Of a stretch of 64,000 nt of DNA, positions 36,797 to 51,300 are shown piece by piece (within the stretch, counting starts at the first letter, position 1; each line of letters begins with the position of its first letter). The DNA lies in NCBI RefSeq assembly GCF_018350175.1, contig NC_058368.1, positions 68,264,001-68,328,000 of the forward strand. Reading direction: 5' to 3'. Source of the DNA: Felis catus (taxonomy: Eukaryota). A program made the position numbers and the translations under genes. The notes under the pieces are model-generated. The model saw nothing but the letters and a program-made list of their open reading frames with translations, made no database searches and was not told the DNA's origin.

Positions 36797-38219
36797 TAAA
36801 ATTGAAATTTTCAGATTCATTCAAACAACAAATATTTCTAGGAAAAGCATAGGTTTTGTTTTTGTTTTTTCATTTCTGCAGAGTTACGTAGCCTTGAGGG
36901 CCATACAGATTTCATAGTATATTCAAGGTCGCTTGCCACTATTAGGACAGCTACAGATTTCTGAATCTGTGGGGAACTTTAATCACAGATTGCTTTCAGG
37001 GAGCTTGTGCAAATCCTGAAGATGAAAATAATTAAACTGCATTAAGATTCCATACTGAATGATTCAGCAGCAACTCTTTCTATATGAATATTAATAACGT
37101 TTCATGGAGTAACAGATGTTCATTTTTTACTTCTTTTCTTTTTCTGGCATAGCTATTATTGGTCAAATTATTAAACAGAAATGTATATTTTTTCCATTCG
37201 CTTATTTACTAATTTTGGTCTCCTATTAATTCTTTTGTGTTTATTTTTCTGTTATTTTGTATTCAGGATTATGCAAATCCAATTACTACTCTCAAAAATT
37301 ACTGTGTAGGAGGAAATATGTTGTTGTCAGACAGGGGCATTTTCTAATGTGCTTTTTGAGGGACGCGGTATGGTCTGTATTTTACTGAGCTCACGTTGGA
37401 ATTTTTTGCTTGAAAAGGCCATTTGTGGCCAGATGATAATACCTATTTGAAAAATTAAGTCTCCTACTCAGGTACAATGACTCCCTAGTGTTGATATCCA
37501 TCTACAATATCAATTCACAGTTTTATTTTGGTTCTCTAAGATGAAATTTACCCTTCATCTGGTACGTCACTCTTATGTAGGTAAGGCTGCTTTCTCTACT
37601 CTACAGGTGGAAGACAAGAAAGCTTACTGCTCTGCTTCACCTATTTTTAATAAAAATATGAAACCAGATTCCAACCTCATTATCGAATACAGAACAACCT
37701 TTTCTAATGCCAAATATATGTGACTTTGTTATGCCATTTAAAAAAAAAAAATCTTAGCCAGATTCTTCAGAGTTGTATTGTCATTACTGCCTAATCCAGA
37801 TTATTTCAGTTATTTATTCTTATGGTAAAGTGATCATCGGCTATAAGCACAATTTAGAGGAAATTAGGCAGAGCTACTGTGAGACCGTCTCTCACAAAGG
37901 TTAAAGCCAGAGAGAACTGCTTTCATATTCACATTCTCAGTCTCTGAGCATCTTTCATGTGGCAGTTGGCTCTAGCCCTGTCATAGAGACTCATCCTTAA
38001 ACTAAAGTTACACAGGCTCAGACTTGACCCTTAATACACATTCAATGCTGCCCTCAGCAACCATTTATAACCTACAGGCCTGAAACTCAGAAAGCAGCTA
38101 AGCTTAAGCAGTAACACCCTCCTCATATCTGCAGGCTGTAATGTCTTCTTCCCCTGTCCATAGGTTTTAAATGTTATGGTGAAAAAAACAACAACAATAA
38201 CTTGATGTATCAAAATAAG

Positions 38220-38221
<2 letters not shown>

Positions 38222-38260
<39 letters not shown>
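38222..38260. repeat. (AC)n microsatellite
   Basis: Direct reading. Confidence 0.96.
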
Positions 38261-38262
<2 letters not shown>

Positions 38263-39056
38263 CACACACATCTGCACAGAAACACAGACACCTAGAAGCT
38301 CTGCATTGGAAGTATCCTTACAAATATTTTGGTTCAAAGTCCCAGCTGTTTGACAGCCTATCAGTAAGTGCATGAAAGGTCTAGTGATGAGAACACTCAT
38401 TTCATCTAAGGATACCATCATCATGTTTTAAAAACTATTCATTATTTTTATTTTATTTTTTTAATTTAACGTTCTGTCTTAGGTTGGCCAGGAAGAAGAA
38501 AAAAAACTCTCTCTCTCCTTTAGATTCTGCTCATTTGTCCTAGTTTACTCCTTTGAGTCAAAATATTGAAGACTGTTTTCAGGTAGCAAGTGAGTCTCCT
38601 CTAAGTTGGACATCCCTAGTTCTGGTTCCATGGCCCGTCAGAAAGTTTGTGAGCCACTCTCACACCCTGCAGTCAGGAATGAGAAATAGGTGTCCTGAGG
38701 ACAATTTGGCAATATGCAACCAAAGCTTTTAAACTGTGCTTATTCTTTGATGCAGCAATTCCTTCTAGGAGTTTAGTGTAGAGAAAGATTGAGATGTACA
38801 AGGTTCATGTACAGTGATGTGCAACACGACACTCATAACAACAATAATAAATAATAATCATGAAAATTTGGGAAAACCCAAACAATGAGTGAATTAAATA
38901 ATCCTGGGCTCCTGGCACCAAATGGTAGACTGAGAGTTTATGTTCAGATCTTCTTCCTTCAAAATAATGTATTGAAAAAGAGTAGTGTAAATCCGTTAAC
39001 AGTAAGGAGCACTATACAGGGAGAGAGGAGTCTCTGAGTGGAAGAATTTAAGAAAT

Positions 39057-39452
39057 CTATCAGTCAGAGTCTAACCAGAGAAATAGGAGGTACATAATAA
39101 GAGATTTACTGCAAAGGATCGGCTTCCATGACTGTTATGTCTCATCGGGTAGGTTCAAAATCCACAGTCCAGGCTCAGGAAGGGCAGACTGGATCTCAGG
39201 TATGAGCTGAAGCAGCTGTCAACAGGTAGATTGGCTCCTTTCTCAAGGAAGCCTCAACTCTGCCCTAAAGCTTTTTGACTAAATGGATCAGGCCCACCCA
39301 GATTATCTAGGATTATCTCCCTCATTTAAAATCAATTCACTGGGGACTTTTAATATCATCTACAAATACCTTCATAGCAGCTGCTAGATTAGCCGTTGAT
39401 TGAATAACTGGGAACTGTAGCCTCATCAAACTGATATATAAAACTATGACTC
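39057..39452 (-). mobile_element. ERVL LTR (MLT2-type)
   Basis: ggatcaggcccacccagattatctaggattatctccctcatttaaaatcaa...tacaaataccttcatagcagc...ctagattag is typical antisense MLT2. Confidence 0.8.
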
Positions 39453-39454
39453 TA

Positions 39455-40705
39455 GAAGATAGAAAATGGATGGAAGAATGTATCCAAAAAATCAGAGAGG
39501 AGGAGGTCCCAGCATATATAATACACTGATGGGGTTCAGCTTGAAAGAACTCCAGGGACAGGTTTTAGGGTAGACTGGGAAGTGAGGCAGAAGATTGGGT
39601 ATTCACTAAAAGTCAGCTGACCTCCTCTCTTCTTCCTTCCTTGGACTCTCCGCACAGTAGCGTGAAACGAACCGTTAAACCAGAGCAAAAAAATCAGAGA
39701 GTTTTTCTCTACGGAAGCAGAACTAATATGTGGGAAGAATTAGGATAGCCAATGTGGGTACTGGCAGATGAAAGTGAGGCCTGCCTCATTTAGCATTTAG
39801 AAGAGGTCCCTAGCCTGACAGTGAGCTCAGGATCTGGTCGCACAAAATCGAAACAATGAGCAAGGATGGTCCACACACACAGACACAGCTCTCAGGCAGC
39901 CGCTCTGTTTTCTCATCCTTAACTATAAATGGCAAACCAGAGTCTTCAGACATTTGAGGAAGAATGCAGCATTTTTTTTTTTTTAAAGAAAAAGCACATA
40001 GAAAAACTGCCCCAGAAAAAACAGAAAATTCAAGAACTGGAAGATAACTTGTGATAATATGACTATTATATTCAGAAAGATTTGAGAAGATAATACAATT
40101 CATAAAACAAGAACACGATGCTATGAACAAAAGTGACAAAAAATATCCTAAGATATGTAAGATATATATGCTAAGATTATATACACACACACACACATAT
40201 ATATATCCTAAGATATATATGTAAGATATATACCATATATCCAAATACAGGAAAATTTTAACAGTGGGAAATAGGAGAGAAAATACTACAAATTTATTAA
40301 AATCTATCTGTGCAGTTGAACATAGGACAGTTAAAAGTTCCACCAACGGAAAGAGAAAATACAGCTGGAGAAACTAAAGACAATGCAAGAAAATTTTAAG
40401 AGCTAATGGGAGGCAAGATTTCTCCAGTTAAAAGTTTTCACTGCATGTTGAATAGGATGAAGGAGATAACACCCACAGTTAGACCTATCAATGTGAAATT
40501 TTAGAGCACCAAGAGTAAAAAACAAACAAACAAACAAACAAACAAACAAACAAAAAAACTAAAAGTTCCCATTTGGAGAGAAAATTTTTAAACTACAAGT
40601 AACCTCTGATGGAGGTCTCATCAGTGGCAATGCATGCTTGAAGACAACAGTACAATGTCTTTAAAACTACCAGGGAAAATGGTTTTGATCCCAGAATTCT
40701 ACTGG
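39455..40705 (+). mobile_element. Old L1/HAL1-type 5'/ORF1 relic
   Basis: cagacatttgaggaa; ataaaacaagaacacgatgctatgaa; aatgtgaaattttagagcaccaagagtaaa; gaagacaacagtacaatgtctttaaa...cccagaattcta (ORF1 C-terminus-like). Confidence 0.6.
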
Positions 40706-42726
40706 CGAATGGTTACCTTTGCATGGTGAATCGATGGGTTATTTTATTTGTTTTTGGAGCATTTTTATATTATACTCTGATATTCTCCAAAGACTGATAT
40801 GTTTTCAAATTTTTAAGCGTGAATCAGAGAAACAAACACAAAAGACCACATGTAGTGTAATCAGTGCTTAGCAGTGTAAGTTTGCTACATAAGTCATTTG
40901 AAATACTTTGTTTCTACTGAGCAGTGGGCTAAGATTGCCATTAGCCTTTTTGGTGACAGTTTTTGCTGAATCCTATTGAATGCATTGGCAGCCTAGGCCC
41001 CTAAACTATTTTTAATTTGTATGTCCCTAAGGCACATCTCCCTTTGCTCAGGACCTCAGCATTATTTCTTGTTTGTTTGTTTGTAGCGATGTACAAAGAT
41101 TATCCCTTTTCAATGATCCCTTTTCAATTTTTCTTTTTTTTTTTTTAATTCTGGTACCCATCATGTACGTTGTCAACATTTTTGTTGATGCTGATTTTTT
41201 AGCTTATATATGAAACCTAAACTAATAAATCTGTTAGTCCTAAAGCAAAGACAGCTTAAGTCCTTTGCTTGGCATCTTACTGTATCTGCGTCTATGTAAG
41301 AGAGGAGGAAAAATTACCCACCATAAGGAAGAAGAGCCTTAATTCCCCCTGGCTCCGAAGGGACTGCTTGTCTCCCTGAAAAGGTCATTTACAAAATTGT
41401 TTCCTTTTGGCCCAAAATAGATGACACACTTCCCCTGGAGCGAATGATTCACTCTCATTTCATGGGATTTAATCATTAGGCTAGATAATGACTTAATGAG
41501 TGTAAACTCCTTACTCCTATGGGGCAAGGACATTGGGACATCCGGGTCTCATTCAGTTCACCCAAAGAAGCAGTGGAGCTAGCAGAAATGCACATCTTCA
41601 AATGACCTGGTTACAATTTAAGGGTGAATGGTTTACCCAGAGAGTTGTTTTGATCATCATAATAAGCAGAACAATCGTATTTTGGCTGATTTTTGGGGAG
41701 AAGAAACGTGTTGGATAATAATCAGCTATTTTAAATAGTTGGGTTGATCAATCAATCAAAATTACCATCTAACAAAAGAAGTACTATACTTGCCAAAGTC
41801 ATAACATTTCTATCATGACAACTGGCATGGTGTATTATTAAAACCAGCCTTTCACTTTGTTTTCATTCCTTTTAAGACACTGCACAATTTGAGACAGGTG
41901 AAATGTTAATTACTGGTCTGAAGATGTAGAGAATGACTAATCGAATAATGTGGTAGCTCATTGAGATTCTACCTTATGTATAGACAAATCTTAATGATGG
42001 TATTTAAGAATAAAAATAGAAGAGGCTGATTTTAAATAACTATTCAAAGTGGTTAAATATACATATTTAACTTGCCTTAGACTTTTTTTTTAAATGGGCA
42101 CAAAAATAAAATTTAACACTATGGAATTCACAAAGCTAGGAAGAAAAGTCAATCAAAATGTACTACTCAGAGCACTTTGGGCCCTTGGTAGACTTAAAAA
42201 AGTGTCCCCATGACCAAACTATTTATCACTGATTGAGGAAGACAAGAAAGATACAAGAATTTCCTGTAAGCAAAGGGAAGTGAAAAAAACAATACAGCAC
42301 AGATGATGGGTGTAAGGACAGAGACTGATCATCTATTGATGATCAAGGTGATCATTGGACTTCACAGACAGACGGATGGAGAGAGGGTGTGAAGAGAAAG
42401 AAGATGAGAGGAACAGCAAGTATGGCTGTGCAGATATCTATGGGATTAAATATCTAGGTGAAGTCAGAGACAATACTGATTGTCCCATTTTAGTTGTGGG
42501 ATGAACTACAGATGTAGAAAACACCATTAAAGAACATGTAATCCATTCCTCTTAAGTCAAAATGGTCTGCACTCATTCCAGTAAGATAATACAAAAGCAA
42601 TCTGGTTTATCTACAGAGATTTCTCTGCCTTTCAGACAAACCATTCTGGTGGTTCCATGTGTAAAGTGGCCCTCTGGGGACAATATTTCTGGGTAGTTCA
42701 TTGACAGTTCTCAAAGGAAATACTCA

Positions 42727-42900
42727 GGGGCGCCTGGGTGACTCAGTCAGTTAAGCCTCTGACTTCATCTCAGTTGGGTTCAGGTCATGATCTTGTGGTT
42801 GGTGAATTCGAGCTCTGCCCTAGGCTCTGCAGTCACAGCACTGAGTCTCTCTACCCCACTCCCCCCAAATAAATAAACATTTTTTAAAAACTTAAAAAAA
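42727..42900 (+). mobile_element. CanSINE with 15-bp TSD, internally deleted
   Basis: TSD aaaggaaatactcag at 42713-42727 and 42901-42915. Confidence 0.94.
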
Positions 42901-44992
42901 AAAGGAAATACTCAGTGAGTACTTAATGAATACCCAATTCAATATGCAAATGAACCAAATCAATATTTATCAATAGAACATATTCCTACCTTACTTTTAA
43001 GGTCTAATGTTGAAACTACTAGGGTGCACTGAGGATTTCCCACTCCCTTTCTGCTGATACCACCTTGGGCATCAGCACAGCTATATCAAACCTTCTGCCT
43101 GTATCTCTATTGAAAACGTACGAAACAAATCACTTGCTTCTATATACAGAAAGAAGAAATTTTGAGGGGTTCAATCTTTTCATTTCAGAATGTGTCCAAG
43201 AGAAATAGAAGTAAAATAATTGGACCTCTTTAAAGAGTTTTTAAATATCCACCATGAAATACTGTGAGAATTCAAGCTCACAAGGTATATCAGCTTCACC
43301 TGAAGCAAAGGGAGTGAAAAAGGGAGGAGTAAGTGACCTGCACAAGTCAATTAAATTCTGTGAGCCTCAGTTTCCAGAGCAGGAATAATACACTTATAGG
43401 TGTTTTTAAACTGTAGAAGTTAATAAAACATTAGGTGCTATTATTATTGTTATTTTCTGTTCTGTAACTTTGATCTAGCCCATCCAACTAGTCTAAGACT
43501 TCTTTGTCTAATAATATGATTGAAATTTAGGATCTCCAAGACTTAGTCTCTTCTAGGTTTAAAATAGTCATGTATATTGAACATATTTGCTCTCCAAATT
43601 GCTTCCATTAATGAGAAAATCAAATTTTAATACTGGGCATAACCTCTGTTATCAGCAACAGTTTCTGCTTCCAAATAGCAAACCATGTGTATCTATGAGA
43701 TGGCTTCCACTAAAGACCAACTTTTCTAAATCATCTATTGACATTGGCATTGCCTATCAATTGATGCTTTTATTTAAGCTTGCTTAAGAACTGTATTTAA
43801 CAAATGGCACTAAGGACTTCTAGTGTCAACCGGTGAGGCATCTCTGCTCATCTGCATTTGTTAAGGTTGTGAGAAGAGTAACCAACCTGTCATTTTCTGG
43901 TGCATCCTAATTAAAAATAGAAAATGAAAATAATGTTATGCTCTCATCAGAGGCACTTAGCCTGATTGAGTGCTTGCTTTTTGTTCAGCATAAAATTGCT
44001 GCAAATATTTTCATATGTCTAAAGTGGGGATAACAAAGAAAATGGAGCAAATTCACAGGCATCAATGTTACCACTACTTCCTGGCAATCACTCTATTCTG
44101 CTTCTTTGCTGGATTCCTTGGGATTACTGATCTCACTAACACGTAACAAAGGATACTAGACATCTTCCGTTACAGAAGAACTTGTCTTAAGCATGCTGGG
44201 ATTAGTCATTGCCCTCAAAATAGTTCTAAGTAGGCACTTCTAATTAGCACCAAATATCTCAGGCAACACTACAACCTGAGCTAGAGGAAATAGAGATTGT
44301 ATCAGCCGGCACCAAGCCCCATCTCCAGTCAGCATTATACAGATCAGATGGGATGCTGCACCTGACATTCTACCAGAATAAATCCCGACCGAGGAAGTCT
44401 TTTGGTTCTCCATACGCAATTGGGATATAATCTGGATAGTTTATAGGATCCATTCCCCAATTAGCTTGCTGAGGGCAAACATTAGCTGTTAGATCAGTTA
44501 GGTCGATGTGGATACCTCAAGTGGGAAGATGATTATAGATGAATAAATTATAACTTGATCAAGAGCAAAGACCAGAAATTAAAAATATTGAATCAGTTGG
44601 GAAGCAATATGTCTAACATTCTGTGTTGGAATGAAGATGTTTCTCTTGTGCTGAGTACTCCAGGGCCTGGGTTGCAGAGCAGGGTGTGTAAGATACCAGG
44701 TCCAGGCTACCTGAAGAGTTAGCTTCTCGGGGCTTAGCTGAGGTATTAGGGAGCAGGGTGGAAACTACGAAAACTGGGACACCAGCCACAGGCACATTTG
44801 AGTCAGAGGACTAGAAAAGCAAGCAATTCCCCCAAGTTCCTAAACGTCCGAGCCTGCAAATCAGCTTTGTAGGTAATCTGGGGTCTCTATGAGGGATGAG
44901 AAGGGCCCAAGTGGCCTGGGGTCCCTTTGGTGAGCTACCTAGTCTCTTCTCAGAAACTATGCAAATAATTTTCAGAGATTCTATTAGGGAAT

Positions 44993-45350
44993 TTTAAAAA
45001 ATAGGCTTTAGTTTTTAGAGCAATTTTAGGTTCACAAAAAAATCAAGCAGAAAGTACAGAGATTCACCATATACCTCCTGCCCCACCATGCACCCAGCCT
45101 CCTCCACCATCAACAGCCCCCACCAGTGTGGTATGTTCATTACAACCGATGACCTTACACTAATGTGTCATTATACCCAAAGTCCATAGTTTATGTTTGA
45201 GTTCACTCTTGATGTTGTACATTCTCTGAATTTGGATGAATGCATTAATGTCACATACCCACCGTTATTGTAGCTGACAGAAGAGTTTCACTGCCCTAAA
45301 AACTCTCTGTGCTCTGCCTGTTGTTCATCCCTTCTTTTCCCTTAACAATA
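44993..45350 (-). mobile_element. L1 3'UTR fragment (L1MC/L1MD-type)
   Basis: tttagagcaattttaggttcaca...aaagtacagagattc...gagtttcactgccctaaaaa. Confidence 0.82.
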
Positions 45351-46339
45351 GGTCTTTTAAAAGTGCACCAATTTGAACCAATGTAAGAACAACTTTTAGA
45401 AGGATAAGAGCGGCCAAAAGAATGACCTAGATGAATTCTTCTGTCAATGGGATTTTCAGTCAGATTCTTCCACGTGATACCATTCGTGGAACACGGTGCA
45501 TATTTGCCTTGCTGAGGGTGTCTACATCAGATATTACATAAGGATGCCACAAAATGATGCTGGAAGCTCACGAGGCCATTCTAGCACCCTTGCATCCAGA
45601 TGCTGATGGCCTTTCCACCAGCCCACATGTGATGAGTGAAGGCAGGTGTCTTCTGGCTCAAGCCTCCGAGTCCCGCCATGACTCACATCCTCAGGAGCTG
45701 CTGTGTTCATTCTGTCCCTGAAGCAAGTCCTTGCTTGCAGTGCTGAGAAACATAACAGGCAGGCAGAAAAGCAGCCTGATCAGTCTCTAGCAATTCACCC
45801 AGGCCTCTACCTACATCCATGGTCCTGGCACTCTGCCAGGCAACAGGTCTTACTGAATCCTCAGCTATAGGTCCCATCATCAAACTCTTGCTTATTTCAC
45901 CGAAAGGACGGTGGCAGGGACAGATACTTCTCACTGGCCCTCACCCTCTTTCTTCCATCCCTCCTAGATGTTTGGCTTGTTCTCAACCTTTAGTTTGTCA
46001 AGCCCGGGCTCATCTAGGAGTCTTTTCTTCTGGAATAATCCATTGATTCCTTTCTTTGCAGTACTTCCCACAAAATATCATCTCAAATTGTCTTTTTTAT
46101 CCTTGACAAATAAGGAGACTGAGTTCTTTTTAGTCTCTCCGTCCCCTAAGAGCAGAAAGGAAATAAGTACATTCTCTTTGCCCGGGATCAGACGCACAGA
46201 AAACGAGCAGGCAGTCCCTGGAAGCTGAGTTTGGGGTCATGTGTTACCCTCTAAGATGGACTAAGGAGCAGACAGAGCTGTTAGTAGCCTGGCTCTTCGA
46301 ACAAAAAGGCATGGGGAAAAAAAGATCTCTGGAAGCTGA

Positions 46340-46425
46340 GACATCACTGGAAATGGAACAGCAAGGAATCTGCATTTTCAAGTCTCCCCATGGAATTGTG
46401 ATGAATCCAGCCGGGCCTGAGCCCC
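46340..46425. mobile_element. MER5-like hAT fragment
   Basis: ggaatctgcattttcaagtctccccatggaattgtgatg resembles the MER5A core. Confidence 0.45.
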
Positions 46426-47928
46426 AGAGCTGTGCTCCTACGGCACACTGGCAGTGGTCCATGTTGGCTGGGCCTCCTTCTGGCTTCTGCATATGTACAC
46501 CAGGAGCCAGACACATTGGATATTTTTTTTTTTTTGGCACTGCGTGTGTTCAGCTCATACAGGGATGCCCTGACAGCCCTAGAGCTCATGCACATGAAGG
46601 ACGAGTGTAGGAAGGTTCCGAGAGATTTATTTATCTCACTCCCTTCTTCTTTTCCCCCATAGAGAGCCATGCTAAGCATGCAGTGAAAAACAAAGGAAAA
46701 GTATTCAGTGTCAGTCCTCTGAATGAAAAGAGGTTAATAGTCAACCATCTCAGGCCTTGTATTGACCATTAATGATCTAAATGAAGAACTGGAGTTCGTG
46801 AGGTTTGCTGATGGCATAATCAGCATCAGTCAATAAGAGTTGCCAAGGAATAAGGGCATTCCAGATGGGCTTTAAAGTTAGGAAATCTAATGAAACGTCT
46901 GCTGGGGATATTGGATTTGTGAACCTTTCAACCAGCCTTCAGAAAGACACTAAGTGCTGGTGTCACGAGTTCAAGAAAACAGCAGCCAGAAATCATTCCG
47001 GAACTCTTGTTTACATGTTCGCTACCTCACAGTATGTTTGTGGAAAATGAATAAACATTTCACTTAGAAGCCATTTTACTTTTTTGTCATAATTATCTGA
47101 ATGCAGCTAATGACTTCAGATTAGGTTTCCACAAAACATGAGACCATAGGAAAGTCTGGACCTCATATTTTAGCGTGTGATGTGGAATTTTCCATACGAG
47201 TACTCGGACTTCCCAAGGCACGGGTGTTCCAGTTTGAAAGGCACCATTCTCTTTCTCTCAACTCGATCAGGCTCATTGTCTCAATGAGGAAGGTCAGCAA
47301 AATACTGATGCGTGATGTCAAGGATACTTAATTTGCTTAATACATCCTCCCTTATTTTCTCAATGCCAATTGTGCTATCCTCTGGCTTTCCCTTCCTCAT
47401 TTGGTCCCTGCTGTCTCCATACACATGGGTCAGGCTTTTATTTAACTAAGCAGACCTTATATACAGCCTGGAGCCTGATTCTCTCCAGAGAGATGTGGGT
47501 CCCCAGCGGAAGAATAGCCCAGTAGTGAGGGATCCACGGATCCTGGGCAGATCATACCAGTTTAGCTGGACAAATGTGATTGTTCCTTTCAACTCCTCTG
47601 TGGAACTGATCTCTGGCACAACACATTATGGGAGAAAATGCAAAATGATAAGCTGTCAATGAAGGACAAGGGAATACAAAGACAGTGTTAGTAGATGCTT
47701 TTCAGCTGTTGATAGGATGGAGGAAAGGATAGGAGAGCAATGACTTTGGATACCCCTTCTCCCGTTCCTAAACACCACCTCCCCACTGTCCCACCCCCAC
47801 AGCATCTCCCTCTTACCTTCTCTCTCACACTCACATGCACAAGCACACATGCACGTGACTGCCATTTCTTTCAGTGTAGGAATTGTGTCTTATTCCCCTT
47901 TGTGTCTGGAGCCTTTCCCATTGATAAG

Positions 47929-48300
47929 TGCTATGGGCTAAACGTTTGTGTTTCCCCCAAATTCCTGTGTTGAAGCCCTAATCTTCAACCCAATGGTGTT
48001 TGGAAGAGAGGATTTGGGGAGGTAATTAGGCCATGAGTGATACACCCTCACACATTCAGAGGTGCTATCCTCAAGTGATAGCACCCTTATAAGAAGAGAC
48101 AGAAAAGAGATGATTTCATGGAAGGATACAGCAAGAAGGTGGCCATGTGTAAAGGAGGAAGAGGGTCCTCACCGAAAATCTGTCCATGCCGGAGATGGAT
48201 CTCAGAGTTTCAGCCTCCAGAATTGTGAGAAATAAGTGTTTGTTGTTTAAACCGCCCTGTCTGTGGGATTTGTTAGAGCAGCCTGAGTTAGCACTGTAAG
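47929..48300 (+). mobile_element. MaLR solo LTR (MLT1A/B-type)
   Basis: tgctatgggctaaacgtttgtgtttcccccaaattc start; cagcctccagaattgtgagaaataagtgtttgttgtttaa. Confidence 0.88.
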
Positions 48301-51300
48301 CAATCAATAAATGTCAAATAGATTACTCAAGGTGAAGCATTTTAAGATACTGTTTAAATTTAATACCTACGCAAAGTGGTAATTTGGAATAGAAAGCCCC
48401 ATCTTCCTTATTATGATTCCTATTTTGTAGCTTGGAAACGATGTAAAGAAAATATTTTATAATTCAAGCAAACGGCTATGAACAGCTGAGCCCTATTTGA
48501 ACTTGTGTCTTTAGTTCCCGTCATTGACTGCAACTCTGTGCTGCTTCTCAGTCACTTGGAGAGGTAAGGGAAGGACAGTAGCTGAAATAGGGCTGCTGCG
48601 TAGTAAATAATCAGGCAGTGGTATTAACGTCTGTTGCAACGACTATTGTTCTAATTTTCCCACGATGTGTAATTAGCCTACTCAATATATAACTCAAGAT
48701 TTGGAAAATGGCTAAAAAGACAGCTAAAGGAAATAGGAGAAAGTATTAAGCAATTTCATCTAACAGTGAATTTAGAAATGAAAGCATAGTGCAGATCCCA
48801 GCCTTGAACTGGCCACGCTAACTTGGGGGTGTGGCTCAGCAGCATTGTGCACAAAGGTAGCTGGCGCTGGGTCACCTCTGAGCCCCGCATCTACCAGTGG
48901 GACGTCCTGAGCACAGTCCACCCAGAGATGGCTGATTCAGGTGCCAGAGACCAAAATGATAAAGCTGGACCACATGAGGCCATGGTCTTTCCCAGGTAAA
49001 CATAAGTGACAATGGGCATTCTCTCTGTAAGCAAATGCACAGATAAGGCAGATAACTCCTCCTCCATTTGTAAGTCAACAAATGTTCATTAAATACCTAC
49101 TAAGCCAGGCAGGGTCCTGATCCCCGGCCTCCTCTTGCCATGAAGAAAAGCAGGCTGACCCCACTGCAGTGGGGTGCGTATCATCACCTCTGCCTCCTGC
49201 TGGGTACTGCTGCTCACAAATCCAAGAGAAATGCTTCTCCAGTGGAGATGAGGGCCTTATGGAGAATTCTGGATGGAAGCTGAATCTCCTGCTGTCCTAG
49301 GAAGCCAGGCCTAGATGGATTGTCTCTGTCCTTGAAGATGAAATGGGAGGTATCCCAAAGTGAATTTAGCCAGCTGGACCTGGGTGAACCCTGCCAGTGT
49401 CAGAATCGAACATTTTTCTCAGACTTCTCAACGATCCCATACCTACCTTGACCCTTCTTTTGCTAGTCTTACCAACAAAAATGTACCTTTTGTCCTAAGT
49501 CTGTCCTGCTTCTGAACCCACTTATTTGTAACCTGTCCCTTCCAAAGGGAGGTGAACAACCTGTGTTCCATATTCAGCTTTGGCAACTTTCCTAGACTTT
49601 GGCCTGCCACTGGCCAGCAATCCCAGTCTGACCTGTCTCCCCCGAGTCGACCACATGCTAGTTCAGTCTGAATGACCCACACTTCTCAGAACCTGGCCAG
49701 TTAGAACATCCACCAACCATATAATTATGTGGTGAAAATAAAATAAGTGGACACTCTTATGATGCATAATGCATAAAAGCCTAAATATATGTATAGTTTA
49801 TTGATAAAATAATATGTGGTAATAAAATATATACATACATACATAAGCATTTTAACATGGAGATGAATCACTTTTTATGTGGGAGATATGTACATTTATT
49901 AAGTAATTCTCTGTAGGAAAATACAGTATGAGCAATTATGACAAGGTGGTTCTCATCTTTGCCTGTCTTCATTCTGGCTTTTGTCAGTTAGTGTCTTTCT
50001 GTGAACCTCCTAGGTTCTACTTTGCACACATATATTTTTTTTTCTCCTAACTTCTAAGGATATCTTCTTATTAAGCCACCATCCAAAGCATCAATTAAGC
50101 ACCTGCATATCCATAGGACTTTTTCAGGGACTGCCTTCCCACATATTTTCTATTTATGTGCCATTGCGTGTCTCATTTCAGACTTTACTTGTGTATCCCA
50201 ATATATTTTGTGCCACCCTCTCTCTATGGGTTATTCTTTATATATCCATGTTTCTTTGTATCTCTACCTGTGATTATATAATCCATATTGTGGTCAACTT
50301 GAATTGTTTTATAATTTCTGGTACATCTTCTATCAAGAATGACATTGAATTTAATTGCAATAGATTGAGCAGGTCAGTTCATATTCTATCTGTGAAGTTA
50401 TGATTTCTTATTATAATTCTCTGCCATTATAGAATTTAAACCATACGAGTTGTGTAGGACTCTAGTTTTCTGGGATAACAGATGATTTACTCCATTATGG
50501 GATATTTGCCCAAAGATATATAAGCTAGGAATGAATGGCTTTATTTCATTTCTTGTCTATTTTGTGAACCAGTCCTAAGTTTTTTCACTTCACACAGTGA
50601 CCTATAGATTGGTGATCATGTTAAGGGCTTCCTAGACTCATGAAAAATGACTAAATTGAACTGAATTGAACGAAGGTGAATGGTAGAATTAAATAGAGTT
50701 TTAGGGTGTGAACACTAATGAACACTGAGAGATACATATTCATCTTTCTTGACACCAGTATCTGTAGATACTTCCTGGTGTGACAGCCTCATAAGAACTT
50801 GGAACAACAATAAAGTAAGGGAACAGATGGATTAGGCATCACTTGGTGATTTAGGGCTATGGAATTTTAAGTTGCATGCTGATAGGCTCTGTTAGATTGG
50901 AATTCCATATGCCAAACTCAACGAGATATCAGGCTCACCCAAGCAAAACCATACGGTCTCTATTATTCCAGTGTAAGGATTGAGGGATGGTGTTGTGTAG
51001 ACACACAGTAAAAGAATGAACTAGCCCCCAGGACTGCACCTTAGTGCTTTGGGAATGTCAAATAGCCTTTTTTTTTTTTTTTTTTTTTTTGGAGTAAAGA
51101 GTATTGGCTTACCATTTAGATCAGTCAAGATGACTCCATGTCATATGTTGATAGACAGCTGTTGGATAGCTTCCAAATGTCCCCGACAGTGTCCTGACAC
51201 TCTTTAGCCAATAAAGACTTTCTAGGAATCTGACACAAATTCTAGTTCTATGACATCTTCTCCCTCCCCATACACCCAGTGCATTTAAAGGATTCAGTAG

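Noticed and set aside
39810..40346. 178-aa hydrophobic ORF that looks like a membrane protein
   Set aside because: Antisense of an A-rich L1/HAL1 relic plus microsatellite; the hydrophobicity is compositional
49158..49175. Perfect 18-bp palindrome accccactgcagtggggt
   Set aside because: About 0.25 such palindromes are expected by chance in 64 kb (64000/4^9); no supporting context
49700..50420. AT-rich segment with faint resemblance to an ancient LINE ORF2 on the minus strand
   Set aside because: Similarity too weak to call by eye; needs a Dfam search
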